Below are positions 32,373-45,000 of a stretch of DNA of 64,000 nt, piece by piece; positions within the stretch are counted from its first letter, which is position 1, and every line of letters begins with the position of its first letter. The notes below the pieces were generated by a model. The model saw nothing but the letters and a program-made list of their open reading frames with translations. It was not told where the DNA came from and searched no databases. Made by a program: the position numbers and the translations under genes. Source of the DNA: Convolutriloba macropyga (Eukaryota). The DNA is taken from contig NC_134472.1 of the NCBI RefSeq assembly GCF_964194025.1, positions 7,874,001 to 7,938,000 on the forward strand, in the 5' to 3' direction.

Positions 32373-34680
32373 CGGTAAATTGACTAACAACGAATGCTAA
32401 TTGTATACTTGTAAATTGCCAATCTATCAATTGTCTTGAAAAACGTTAAAATTGCTGAAAGTAGTGCAGGTGGAAAAAGTTAGCTTACTTTTCCTTACGG
32501 AAACTTGGCTTGATAACCAGATCACAGATTTTGAAATTTTTCCTGGTGGATCACACACTGTTATTCCACGCTCGGACAGAAAAAAGGTGGACATGGCGGA
32601 GTTTTATTAGCAGCATCATCTGCTATGTCGCATCTAATACTTGATTTATCAGAAGACAGTTACCCCCTTTTCGACTGCTTGTGCAGTTGTCCAAATAGAA
32701 AAAGCTGTGTTCTTTATTGTTGTGTAGAGACCGCCACCGTCTTCACGATTCTTCTTTAGCAATCATATTTTGATGGAGTTGATATCTTTTTTATCAACAA
32801 TTTTAACTCATTCTGCCTTGACCATGGTTTCAATTCGAATTTCGAGCTCTATGTTGAAGGTGATTTTAACAAGCCCAAGGTAGCTGGGAATGTCTCTCCG
32901 CGTCTAGTTCTTCAGATAATGTTTTATTGGACTTGTTCACGGACTTAGGACTAAATCAAATAATTAATGAGGCTACGCACATTCATGGGAACTGCCTAGA
33001 TCTCATTTTCACTTCTATAGAGTCAATTCCACTCCATCTCCCAAAAGAGCCTTTATTAGATCACTTTCCAATAATTTTCCAAGTTTCACTCATCAATAAT
33101 TACAGAATTATCCTAAAAAACGCCGAGAGCGTGTATCAGCTCCATTTTTCTACTCTTCGCAAACCATGCATTTCTTAAATAAAAGCGAGACGATCAAGAT
33201 AAAGCTGGAAAACAATTGGACACTATCGGACTCATTGAAAATGAGGAAAAATCAGAACGAGCTTTCAGAGTCAATTGAACTTGACACAAGTCTTCTTATT
33301 GAAAAATGTAATTTGACGAGCAGGAATGACTGTTTCAAGCTGCTCAGGGTTCTCAAAGAGACCATCCCTTTTCCGCCTGTGATGAATTACGACGGTGTCA
33401 CTTTTTCAAATGACGATAAAAAGGCAAATGCATTCAATTATTTTTTCAGCTGTCTGTAGTTGTAAAATTCACAAAAATGTTTGAAGAGCTTTATATTTGA
33501 GTATTAAACAACAAGATGTTACGTTTGGAGTTTTGGAAATTGAAAAAATATTGAGTAAGTGTAATGACAAACCTTCCATGGGCTCAGATCAATTACCATC
33601 CTTCTTGCTTCGTGATGGCTGTCAAATTTTAGCCCCAGCAGTTATGGCATTATTTTAATTTATTCGAACGTTTTTGCATTGCCTGAAGAATGAAATAAGT
33701 CATATATCACGCCACTTCACAAAAATGGTTCAACAAGTGACCTTTAAAACTATCGTCCAATCATCTTGCTTCCAAAGCTTTCTATTGTTTTTTGAAAAAA
33801 TGTTGTTCAATTTTTCGTATCTACTGGTTACGCCACTAGTCACAAATGCTCAGCACGATTTCAATAAGAGACGCAGCACAACTACACAACTTGTTTCATA
33901 TTTTGTTGATCTTTACATTAATCTTGACAAAAAATTCCCTTGTGCTAGTGTCTATTTTGATATCAGAAAGGCTTTTGATTCCGTTCCGCATCATAGATTA
34001 CTAACAAAACTGGCAGCATTTGGGTTTGACGAAGCTTTTCGTCACTTTTTTTTAAATTATCTCGAAGATCGACACCAAATTGTCCGTATAGGATCTTGTT
34101 TTTCAAGGCCCTCCGTTGTAACATCTTGTTTCCCACAATGAAGTGTGCTCGGACAATTTCTGTTTATCTTGTACATGAACGATCTTGTTGACTATGTACA
34201 AAACTCCCATGTTTATTTGTATGCCGACAACCTAAAGCTGCTATGCGTTTTGACGGTCTGCAATGTGACTTCAATGGTATTTATGAATGGTCAAGCAAAA
34301 ATCAACTGGAACTTCATCCAGAAAAGTGTAAAGCGATGAACTTTAAATTCAGCCAGTCTCCCTTATTTCTATGAGAAGCGGAAACTCGTTTCACTAGAGA
34401 GATTATGGATTTGGGAATGCTAGTTACTGAAGATATCTGTTGGACAACACATGTTAAGACGAAACTTGCGAAGTGTAATAAAATTTTTAATCTTTTGAAA
34501 AGAAGCATACCGTTTCAAGTTTCATTCTCCGCAAGAAAATGTTGGACCAAACGATGATTTTATCTGCCTTACTTTACTGCTCACATGCTTGGTGTGTTAC
34601 AAATGGTATTTTGAAAGTGTTAGTAAAAGTTTCAGAGCAAAGTGTTGCGCTGGATTATTACGTCTGAGGATCACAACGAG
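32373..34680 (+). mobile_element. Degenerate CR1/L2-type LINE ORF2 (endonuclease + RT)
   Basis: LTETWLDNQI, GGVLLA, ATHIHGNCLDLIF, DHFPI, VYFDIRKAFDSVPH, LYADNLKL; frameshifted. Confidence 0.88.
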
Positions 34681-34692
34681 ACTTTTTTTTCA

Positions 34693-35885
34693 AATGCAGC
34701 AACCAATCTAATTTAATGACACTAAAGGCGCTCTACATAAGAACATTGAAACCAGCGATCAACAAGCGCGACGAATACCGAACACACATGAGAATTAACA
34801 CTGAAAGCTTAGTTTGGAGATGAAAATCCAACTTGAAAGACACGTTAAGAATCGAAAATTTCAACTTTACAATTGAACAAAACCAAAGTAAGTTTAAAGC
34901 AATATATGTAGGTTTTTAATAAAAACATGTCGATATGCATCTGCTACATCAAATCGAAATTGTATTTTTACTCAGATGTAAATATTTTGTAGATACGATT
35001 GTAGATATGTAAAAATTCGTTTTAAATTTCCTTGAATGACTGATTTTAGTGATTTGCATTTTATTTTCTGGCTTTTCATTTTAGCAATTTATATTGTTTA
35101 TAACCTGATAACATTTACCAGCTGCGAATGAAAGAACAAAGAAAAGGACATAGATATAACGCTGGTATAGCCATAAAGCAACAGGAAAATACTGAGAAGC
35201 AACAATTTGTATTACAGTACAGAGGCAACATCTCTAATGAATTTGTAAAGAAGTTGAACAAAATTCATCCTGTTCAGACTGTTTTCACCACTCGGAAACT
35301 TAAGAGCTGTTTACCTAGCCTCAAGTCTAGCATTGGTAAGGATCTCAAATCCCACGTTTTTATGAAGTCACTTGTAATAGATGCAAATCCATCTATGTAG
35401 GGCAAACATGCCGACATATTACCACAAGGGTTGCAGAGCATGCCAAGGCGGACTCACCGATCGGAGTACACGCAATCGAATGCAACGGTGATAAAACAGC
35501 TTTCCAGTGGAAGATATTAGACCAATGCAGCAACCAATCTAAGTTAATGACACTAGAGGCGCTCTACATAAGAACATTGAAATCAGCAATCAACAAGCGC
35601 GACGAATACTGAACTCCAGAATTGACACTGAAAGCTTAGTTTGGAGATCAAAATCCAACTTGAAAGACACGTTAAGAATCGAAAATTTCAACTTTACAAT
35701 TGAACAAAACCAAAATAACTTAAAGCAATATATGTAGTTTTTTAATAAAAAACATGTCGATATGCATCTGCTACATCAAATCGAAAATGTATTTTTACTC
35801 AGATGTAAATATTTTGTAGATACGATTGTAGATATATAAAAATTCGTTTTAAATTTCCTTGAATGATTGATTTTAGTGATTTTTA
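34693..35885 (+). mobile_element. Penelope-like element 3' fragment (GIY-YIG endonuclease) flanked by a ~360-bp direct repeat (pseudo-LTR-like)
   Basis: Frameshifted KSHVF/YEVTCNRCKSIYVGQTCRHITTRVAEH...LEALYIRTLKSAIN at about 35300-35610; 34693-35053 is repeated at about 35524-35885. Confidence 0.85.
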
Positions 35886-36129
35886 ATTGACAATCCTGTT
35901 TAAATCTTTTTGAACAAAAAATTGAAAACTGACAACTGTTTCCTTAGTCGATCTATCCACGCCGTCAGTTACTTAATTTCTATCAACGTTCATGATTTTA
36001 GGTCATCTTTCGATATTTTTTGTAAGAATTTAGATAATTTTCTTATAGCTAAAACACTTTCTTTTAACTACTATCGTCCATGTACATATTTTCTTTAATG
36101 TCGCTGTGTGGACTGCAGATCTTAACATT

Positions 36130-38351
36130 CAACATTTGTGTTAAATATCAGTCTAGTAAATCTTAGAAGCCGTACAGAAATTGCAAATTCTGTCTTTTCA
36201 CATTGTTCTTGGCATTGAGACTTGGCTCGCTCCCCAACGTTGCACTTATATCACCCAGATATCCGAACTGCAGAAACAATCGAATCTCTAGAGACATGAA
36301 ACGCAAATCTCGTGGGGATGCTCATTGCTGTAAAAATTCTCTTAAACATGAACTGCTCAAATAATTAACTGTATCGTCACAATTTCTAATTTTGAAGATG
36401 ATTTTAAAAGACGATGATCAGGTTTTCTTCGATTGTTGATAAAGTTTAAATAAATAAAAATTGTTCACGTATTATAACTGGATGTGATGTGAATTCTGAA
36501 AGTACCAATTGTAAAACTTGTAATCTGAAAAAGATCAGTTACTTTGCTACTGTTACAAACCTTAGATAGAGTATACTTGATGTACGATTGCTAAAATATC
36601 AAAGACCTAACAGTCATTTCGGAGCCCTGGAAAATACCTAAAGGAAGTTAGGTATTTGAGAAAATGCTACTAAATACATATCGAGACAAAAGCTCGAACA
36701 AAATTAGAACTCTGCGCGATGAGAAAATTCCATATTGAAAATATAGTAAAAAAAAACTCAACAACAGAGTCAACAATGGCGTTATAGAGTGTTTTTTGTT
36801 GGCTTCAAATCGTGGTTTTCATTGTGGTTGTTCCTCTGGCGATTAATTTTTGTCAGACCATTTTTTTCTGTATTTAGTGGGGTCCCTCGTGATCCATGGT
36901 ATCAGGGGAAAGTTCAAAGAATTTATCTTATTCTTTTGGTTCCTTCAGAAGACATAAGAATAAGGTAAGTGAGTTTCTCGTGTTTCAAAGGTCGCTGCGA
37001 CAGTGCAAAAATTCACAAAAATGAAAACAACAATTTAAGGCTGACACTGTCTAAATTTTCCAGCATCATCTTCCGCCTGTTATGGCGATTGAAAAGTTCA
37101 TTGTCATCACTGCTACAACGTTTGCCTTTGTTTTACTGAAGTTTCTATGGATTTATACTGCTGGTACTGCTTTAATTATCAATTTAGAAAGAAATTTTCA
37201 TTGTTTGTAAAACTGCTCTAGCAAAAAAGATCAATTAGTAAACTGCGAAGCTTCAAGAGACTCAAAAACGAGTGAACAGTTGAGAGAGCGAATTGATAAA
37301 CTAATCTGGCTGGTATATAAATTAGAAAAGTCAACAGGAAATGTTTTGCCAGTATCTATGCTGGAATCAAAAATGTCATTGAGCCAATGAACAACTATAT
37401 TTGTCTGAGGAAAAGCAAACGTGCTATAATAAGGCCGTTAAAATGGGGTCAGCTCAAGCGCAAACATAGGTGACGATACGCGTTATTCAAGACCTTCCAG
37501 AAAGCGGCGCTCAACCATTATTGGAATATCATTTAAACATAGTTATTATAATCAAGAGACATGTGCAATGCGGGAAATAAAACTCAATAGAAATCTGTAA
37601 ATCAAAATATAACGGTTTAGAAAAGCCACACCATCCAAAACAACAACATTTGTCATTCTCGTCAACTTAAAAAATGATCGTCATCTACTTTTTCTTACTT
37701 AAAGACTATAAACAGGCAAAACGTCCATTTTTTTCTAGTGTAGAAATTAAACCTGATGTTAAGTGGGAAAACGGTGAACTAAAATGTTTTCGGCGACTAA
37801 TCGGTGAAACCCGCCAAAACGCAAAACTTCGTCGTATAAAAAATGTACAAAGTTAAATAGGGAATGCAACATTTGTGTTAAATATCAGTCTAGTAAATCT
37901 TAGAAGCCGTACAGAAATTGCAAATTCTGTCTTTTCACATTGTTCTTGGCATGAGACTTGGCTCGCTCCCCAACGTTGCACTTATATCACCCAGATATCC
38001 GAACTGCAGAAACGATCGAATCTCTAGAGACATGAAACGCAAATCTCGTGGGGATGCTCATTGCTGTAAAAATTCTCTTAAACATGAACTGCTCAAATAA
38101 TTAACTGTATCGTCACAATTTCTAATTTTGAAGATGATTTTAAAAGACGATGATCAGGTTTTCTTCGATTGTTGATAAAGTTTAAATAAATAAAAATTGT
38201 TCACGTATTATAACTGCATGTGATGTGAATTCTGAAAGTACCAATTGTAAAACTTGTAATCTGAAAAAGATCAATTGCTTTGCTACTGTTACAAACCTTG
38301 GATAGAGTATACTTGATGTACGATTGCTAAAATATCAAGGACCTAACAGTC
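36130..38351 (+). repeat. ~485-bp direct duplication (36130-36615 and 37867-38351) of a decayed LINE endonuclease start
   Basis: Near-identical blocks containing an ETW-like motif. Confidence 0.85.
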
Positions 38352-39380
38352 CTTTTTTATAGATATTTCTAAAGTTTCGATACTGTCCCGCTCTATGACG
38401 TGCAAAACTCTTAAACACTTTTCATTTTATCTCACAAAATGCAGGCAAATTATGCAATTAAATTCAAACCGATCTTAAAGCAGCATAGTTTTCAGTTGAG
38501 TGCAGCAACACTCAAATCTCGGTCCCCTTTAGTATCGCATCAACGTCAATTCACCCTCCACCCATATGCTGAAAAGACAATCAGATATTTTGCGGAGGTT
38601 CCTTAAGTGATAGTTCGAAACAAAATTATATTAATGATCCAGTGAGATACCGAACAATTTGGTGTTGCAAAAGAAAATATGTCTTAGTGTCTTTGTTAAT
38701 TAGAACTTCCAAACATAAAGGGGCTGAACGCATAATTTGAAAGCTTATAGCTAAAACGGGTTGGATCTGAAGGGGATATTGGAATCTCAACATTACGGCT
38801 GGAAAACAAAGCTTTATTTATACAAGCGTTATTTGGTACCTATTTTAGACTATTGTTCAGCTGATTGTATGCCGAACGAAGGCAGCATGCAAACTTTCAT
38901 AAATTTTCAAAAGACAGTAAGAAGATGGATACTAATTTACAAGTTAAGCTACTACGATAGGCTTAAGTTTTTGTAATTTTTGCCTATTTGCTTGTACATA
39001 GAAATGCACGAACTCTTATTTTTGTCAATTTTGAGAAGCATAATGTGGAATTGTAATCAGAAGCAAGTAAGCAATACAGCAAACATTAAAAATGCACACA
39101 AATCAATTCGCTCAAGGACATAAAAACTAGCGAAATCTCTTATCCCGCACTGATGACAATTTTCCGCACCAGATGTCTCGATAACAAAGTGACAAAAATT
39201 TGATTAGCATTGTGGGCGCGATTTGAACAAAAATACAGCTAGCCATATCTACTGGACGTTTTTCTGCAAGAAGTTTAATGAAAAGAAAAAAATGTAAGTG
39301 AAGACTACATTGTAGATGTGTTCATTGCAATAACTTCTCAAAACTGCTGAAAATTGGACTGCAATTTATGTGGTTGTAAA
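38352..39380 (+). mobile_element. Very decayed CR1-type LINE 3' end
   Basis: KLYLYKRYLVPILDYCS...YYDRLKFL and a terminal Cys-rich remnant. Confidence 0.6.
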
Positions 39381-39628
39381 CCAAAGGCGAGATCGAATGA
39401 GATATCAAGTTGAAAGATGGAATGGAAGAAGCAAGATATATAAAAGCATTTCGATATGTAAATTGAATGAAATTTACATAAATCTTAAAGAAATGGCAGG
39501 CTTCAACATCTGTTTTCAAGACGCTTTCATCACTCGTTAATAGTAAGTATATTTATAATTTTTGTGCGCACTGACGTAACCATTAGGACAATCTTGGAAT
39601 GAGTATTCCTAAGTGATACAGATTTTCT

Positions 39629-39745
39629 GGTCTTTCCCATTATAGCCCCCATGAAATTATAGCCCCCCATTATGGTATAGTTGCCATGATTGGGGGGCTA
39701 TAGTTTAGCTGACCCCTAAACTGGGGGGCTATAATGGGAAGAACC
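39629..39745. mobile_element. Small MITE, probably in the 5' UTR intron of RSU1
   Basis: TIRs GGTCTTTCCCATTATAGCCCCC / GGGGGCTATAATGGGAAGAACC; near-TSD CAGATTTTCT/CAAATTTTCT; relative at 59141-59217. Confidence 0.75.
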
Positions 39746-39796
39746 CAAATTTTCTGCGTTCATTTTTCTGCTTCACTTTTGTTCTTTCAGTTCAAA

Positions 39797-40636
39797 ATGT
39801 CGTCAGTAAAGAGCGTAATGAAAGACCAACTTGACAAAATCCGAAGAGGTGAATCCAGACAACTAGTGATTGTCGATATGGATGTACACAACATGGTTGA
39901 TATACCCAATACTCCGGAGTTTCAAATAATGAGACAAGGACTCACTAAAATCAACTGTGCCCATAACAAAATTCCCGAGATTCCGGCGTCATTCTGCAGC
40001 TTGGAGAATCTGGAATATCTGAATTTCACTAACAATAAAATAGTCAGTCTACCAGCCAACCTGTGCACGATGCCGAAGCTGAAACATCTTTACCTCGGTT
40101 GCAATAGAATTGATACATTGCCCAAAGGATTCGGATCTTTCCCTGCACTGGAAGTGCTAGATTTGTCTTACAATAATTTGAGAGAGCAGTCATTGCCAAG
40201 GAATTTTGATATGCTATCTGGGACATTGCGCGCTCTTTACTTGGCTGATAATGATTTCCAGCGTGTTCCAGAGAGTATTTGCAGGTTGGTTAATCTGGAA
40301 ACCTTGTCATTTCGCAATAATGACTTGATTGAGCTCCCAAACTCACTATCGAACTTGAAGAAATTGAAGGAATTCTTCATCGAAGGCAACCGTCTAGAAT
40401 ATTTGCCTCTAGGCTTTGGCGAGCTCCATTTTGATGACGTCAACCAGTCCATCTTTCGCGGAAAAGACAACCCATGGTGTAAATCTTTGAAGGATCAGTT
40501 CCTTCTTGGACAGCATCATGTGGTGAATCACATCAGGAGCGACAACTATAATGCCGAGCTATCGCGCTTTCTAAGTGCATCGGCAAGAAATCTGCAGCCA
40601 ATCCCGGATAAAAGCAAAAAAGCCAGCAGAAAATAA
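39797..40636 (+). CDS. RSU1: Ras suppressor protein 1 (LRR protein), 279 aa, uninterrupted CDS
   Basis: LPKGFGSFPALEVLDLSYNNL.E.SLP, LRALYLADNDF, NPW...DQFLLG..HV, DKSKK.SRK all match RSU1; ATG 39797 follows the acceptor TTTCAG at 39790. Confidence 0.93.
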   Translation: MSSVKSVMKDQLDKIRRGESRQLVIVDMDVHNMVDIPNTPEFQIMRQGLTKINCAHNKIPEIPASFCSLENLEYLNFTNNKIVSLPANLCTMPKLKHLYLGCNRIDTLPKGFGSFPALEVLDLSYNNLREQSLPRNFDMLSGTLRALYLADNDFQRVPESICRLVNLETLSFRNNDLIELPNSLSNLKKLKEFFIEGNRLEYLPLGFGELHFDDVNQSIFRGKDNPWCKSLKDQFLLGQHHVVNHIRSDNYNAELSRFLSASARNLQPIPDKSKKASRK

Positions 40637-40657
40637 AATCTTTATTTAACTGCTGAT

Positions 40658-40775
40658 AGTAGTAATAAAGTCTGACTAGAACCTCAAATGGGGGGACACT
40701 ATGTGTTAAGATAGGGAATACCGAAAATGCCCCTAGGTCCCCCCGTTGAGGTTCTAGTCAGCCTTTATCCTACTG
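40658..40775. mobile_element. Foldback/MITE-like inverted repeat in the RSU1 3' UTR
   Basis: ~40-bp arms ATAAAGTCTGACTAGAACCTCAAATGGGGGGAC / GTCCCCCCGTTGAGGTTCTAGTCAGCCTTTAT. Confidence 0.75.
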
Positions 40776-41199
40776 CTGTTTGGTGTCTTTTTGTCATCTT
40801 CTGGTGTGACGCCATTTTCTATTAATGCTTAAATTGTAAATACTTATTGTCATTTAAAATTTAAATTTGCTGTCTATCGAAATTGCTTGCCATAGATTGC
40901 CTTTAAATTACTGAATCTCATTTTGCAATAACTTTGTTAGTATGTTTAAATTTCTATTTAGAATGTAGTTTATTAGATTTCATCTTTCATGTGTCAAGAA
41001 TCATCATGTTTTGAGAAAATACACTTTAAAATAAACGTATTTAATACCACTTTTGTTCCGTTATGATACAGCGACATTAATTGGGGTTAACATGTTGCCC
41101 GCCATTGATACTCATCTGTTTTGTAGATTTCGACCAATATGTTCAATTAAGGCTCACTTTTAACTCTTTTGCGAGCTCTGGTCATTTTTTTACGGTAGT

Positions 41200-44100
41200 G
41201 TAATTTGCCTTGACCATCGGAAAATTGTGATTTTGTTCAAAACCAACCCAGTATTGAAGTAGAATGGAAGTACCCAGTATGGAAGACTGTAGAATGTATG
41301 CACGGGCTCGTCACTACAGTTTTCATTTTGTAAAATTAATTGGATAATTGCAAAATCGCGCAACGGTTACTACGTATACATTAAACTTGGTTTCTATTGG
41401 AGCGTTTACAGAACTTTTTAATTGCTCTCGAATAGGAAGCAATTATTGTAAACGTATGTCTTTTTTGCAAATTTTTTGCTTGACCGTTTTTGCGCTTTTT
41501 TTCTAGAATAATCGTTGACTTTTCAAGTGACTTTTTCACGCCCCTTTTTTGATTTTTGAGTGTTTTCATTTGTTCTTACTCCCAAATAAAATTGGAGAAA
41601 AGATGACAAGGCCTTGATAGCCGAGTGGTTAATGACTCTGTCGAGGTGACGGAAATGGACTCAGGAAGTCGGGGAAGTCTGTTGATTTTCCACCTAAAAA
41701 GAAAATTATATCTAGGCCCATGAATTAAATTGCGCAGCCCGTCATTCAAGAGCAATTTTTCCGACGTTTGTCGGTTTATGTTTCTTCTAAAGAATTGGAA
41801 AGATCTCACCGCTTTGTTTGTAGTACGGTTACAGTTTTGTCCATGGTAAAATTTAAGTTACTCTAGCTTATATTGATTTGTGCCTTCTGAGCGCGTTCTT
41901 TAAAGTATCAGCATCAAAGATTGTATTTCACGCAGTGAACTTTGCCTTAGTCGCAATGGATTTCGTTCCCCTGTGATTTGATTCGTTTTCGTTGTTCATT
42001 ATATTTTTGATAGCTCCCGAATGAAGTTTAAAGCAATTATTGCAAACCTGAGTGTGTGTGTTTTTATGTAACATTTTCGCGTGACACTCTCGTGCTTTTG
42101 TGAATTTTCTTGGACTTCTTGAGTGACTTTTTCACACTTCAGTTGTCCATTTTTTAGTGATCTAAGTTGCTCTCGTTCTAATATCAAATTCGTCGGTAAA
42201 ACCGATTGTGAGCTGATGGAAGTCAAAGCCTTTATTTTGTAGCCAAGTCTCTTAAGATGTCAGGCTGCTAGCGGAGGTGAGGGTTCGCACCTCAGCTCAC
42301 AAGATTTTTTTGCACACAAACTTTTCTAAGCTACGCGCCCTCAAAATTAAGTTGTCCACGTCTGTCGTTTGAGAGCAATGCATCCGACGTGAATCGGTTT
42401 ATATTTGAAAAAAGCCTATATATCCATATTACAGCAGATTTGATTGTGTTCCGGGATCTTGTTTACGTCGACCAAAAGCAACAAATCTCTTGGATGATCC
42501 TCAATTTTGATTGCCCTTAACACGCTTTGATTAGGTTCTCACTAATTTCTCTCATTTGTAAAGTAGTTTAGCTTGAGCTTCCATATCCGAAGGTTTTATT
42601 AATAGCCGCGAAGCGATAGCGGCTATTATTGGGGACATCGTGGTTTTTTACAATTCAAAGAATTTGAATTGTATTGGGGCGCTGTCTTTTTTTTTTTAAG
42701 ATCTGTTCACACATTTTCATGATTTGCCGAAACAGGAAATGGAAATGGAACAGGAAATGGAGCGAAAAAGCGAGTGGTTTTGCGGCGTGAATTTTTTCGC
42801 TCTAATTTTAAAGTAGAGTGAGAAAATGGTGTTTGAACAAAAATTCGGTTTCTCGGTAGTGGTTTTTTGTTCACATGCGGCAATTTCACTCTGATTTTTA
42901 CTGTTTTTTCGATTTTTTGGATCAGATTTTTTTCTAAATGGTTTTTCCAATCCATTCAAAGCTCATTCTAGGCCTAGTTTTTTGTGTGAATTAAATTTTC
43001 ATTTCTCGTTAGTGGTTTTTTTGTTCACATGCGGCATTTTCACATTGATTTTCTGTTTTTTTTTTCTTATTTTTTATCAGAATTTTTTTAAAAATGGTTT
43101 TCTCAATTCACTCTTAGTCCATTCTAGGTCTGGTTTTTCTGTTTAGTCAATGAAAATTCTTTGAATTGTACGTCAGGACTTGTCCTGCTATGTTTTTTTA
43201 ATTCGTCGTCTCCATCGATGATTCTTACGACCGGACTTCTTGGAATTGACTTCAGTGACTTCTATTCCTTTGCAATTAAAATTTGTGTACGTGACGTCAT
43301 TTCTGCTTTTAGGTCAATTGCGTGACTTACCTCACTCGAAAAAATGACTTCTGAACTTACTTATGAAACTTTAAATTTTATGAATATTTTAATTAAAAAT
43401 CAATAGTGTGCATCTAAGTAGTTGCAAACTTATATGCCCTTATTCTTGAATATTAGTCTTGAGTTTTTGATTTCGAATATCAATTTTGAAAAAGCTCTCC
43501 TTATAGACCTATGTGTCATAAAATTGACAGTCCGAATCTAACCTAAAAAGTCTAGTGGTCTATTAAGGACTCCTGGTCGATCTGTCTATTTTATTTCTTT
43601 AGTGGTTTCAACTCATGGAAGGCCACAAGCGTCTATCGCGGCTATTTTCCGGCAATCTGCCGGTTATGTTCTTTGATGCGCATGATCTCCAAATTTTTCT
43701 TCGGTTAACTGCTTTTCCTTTCTAGCCATTTCAACGGAAAGTAGTCCCATTTTTTAACTTTTCGTTTAAATGTTGAATTTACATAGATCTGACAGTACCA
43801 GTGGTTTGAAAAATGGCCTATTCTGCGAGAGCAGTATGGGGTTCTCCTCAATAAAGTATATAATTATAATTGAACTACTTTAGTTGTGTTTTTGAATTCG
43901 TCTTTACCGAAACGTGTGATGATTTGAAGGTTTTTTTATGATGCATGATTGCTGTCAATGTCTTTAACGCTTGAAGCTTGCTATACCTCGTAGCGTTTGT
44001 TGCATGGAAGCAATTGAAGACTCTGGATTTTTTTGAACATAATCTGCAGAGCAATTGCCAACGCCGTTGAGGTGTCGTGTTTTAATCGGAATTTTTGGTT

Positions 44101-45000
44101 TTATTTCCAATACAAGATGGTTTGTTGAACTAAGGACCGGTACAGAAGCAACCGGTTTTGGGGCAGTTGTTAGGTCAATTGCAGTGATAGGAATATTGCT
44201 TTACATTAGTTGAACGTAAGTATTACACAATCATTTTTTTCTCTAATGTGACTTCATTTTTTTCTTTGCCCCGATTTAAGAACTGCGCGTTTTTTCTAGA
44301 TGTATATATTGAAATTCTGGTTTTTAGCAACTGTTTTGTGAAGAGAATCTTTATGGCTCAACTTTTGTTATTCTCTTGTTTTCGTGCATCGTTTGACGGA
44401 TGCATTTTCAGTTTTGTGCTACCGTACGTGTAGTTAATTTTTTTTTTCAAAAAATCGTGTTGGCATTGTTTCTGGCTCATATTTTGCTCGTGTTTAAGTA
44501 CCAATAGGATCAGAGTTTTGTCGTTGCGTCATTTTTTATTCCCTTGTTTAATTTTAGAGGGAATTTTTTGTTTCTGGTTCAATGAGTGTCAACATTTTTT
44601 TGTTGGTAGAGGTTTTATTGATAGTTTGGTGAAGTTTTTGGAAAAGGGTTTATTGATATCTATAAGGGCAATTATTACTATTTCTTAGTATCCGACAAAA
44701 TGCATTGTTTTACTGTTGATTTTGCTGTCTAATATTTAATGTTGCAAACTGATTTTGTTGACAAGTATAACATACGCTTTTTGTCTCCTACCTTGTGTTT
44801 TTTGAGGCCGCCCTTCTGAGATGGTTGGTAGACACTCTGAATTTGATTGCTTACCATAGACACGATTAAATTATTTAGGGAAGTATTTCTTAGCGTGAAT
44901 TTGAGTTCTGCTGAATAATCTAGTAATGTAAACTTTCTCAATTCTTTTGTTTCTCTTTGTATTTGTATCCTTGTTTGGAACTTAAAATTTTAATTGCATA
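41200..45000 (-). mobile_element. Possible very old LINE remnant interrupted by the HINE
   Basis: Only scattered endonuclease/RT-like words (e.g. SVYQP near 44830); boundaries are guesses. Confidence 0.3.
42594..43674 (+). mobile_element. Non-autonomous Helentron-associated element (HINE/DINE-1-like)
   Basis: 5' subTIR AATAGCCGCGA (42601) with nearby inverted copy GCGGCTATT; 3' subTIR TCGCGGCTATT (43636-43646) followed by stem-loop CCGGCAATCTGCCGG; T-rich ends; internal GGAAAT microsatellite. Confidence 0.7.

Noticed and set aside
39734-39796. N-terminal extension of the 300-aa RSU1 ORF
   Set aside because: That ATG lies in a MITE TIR upstream of a splice acceptor; homology starts at ATG 39797
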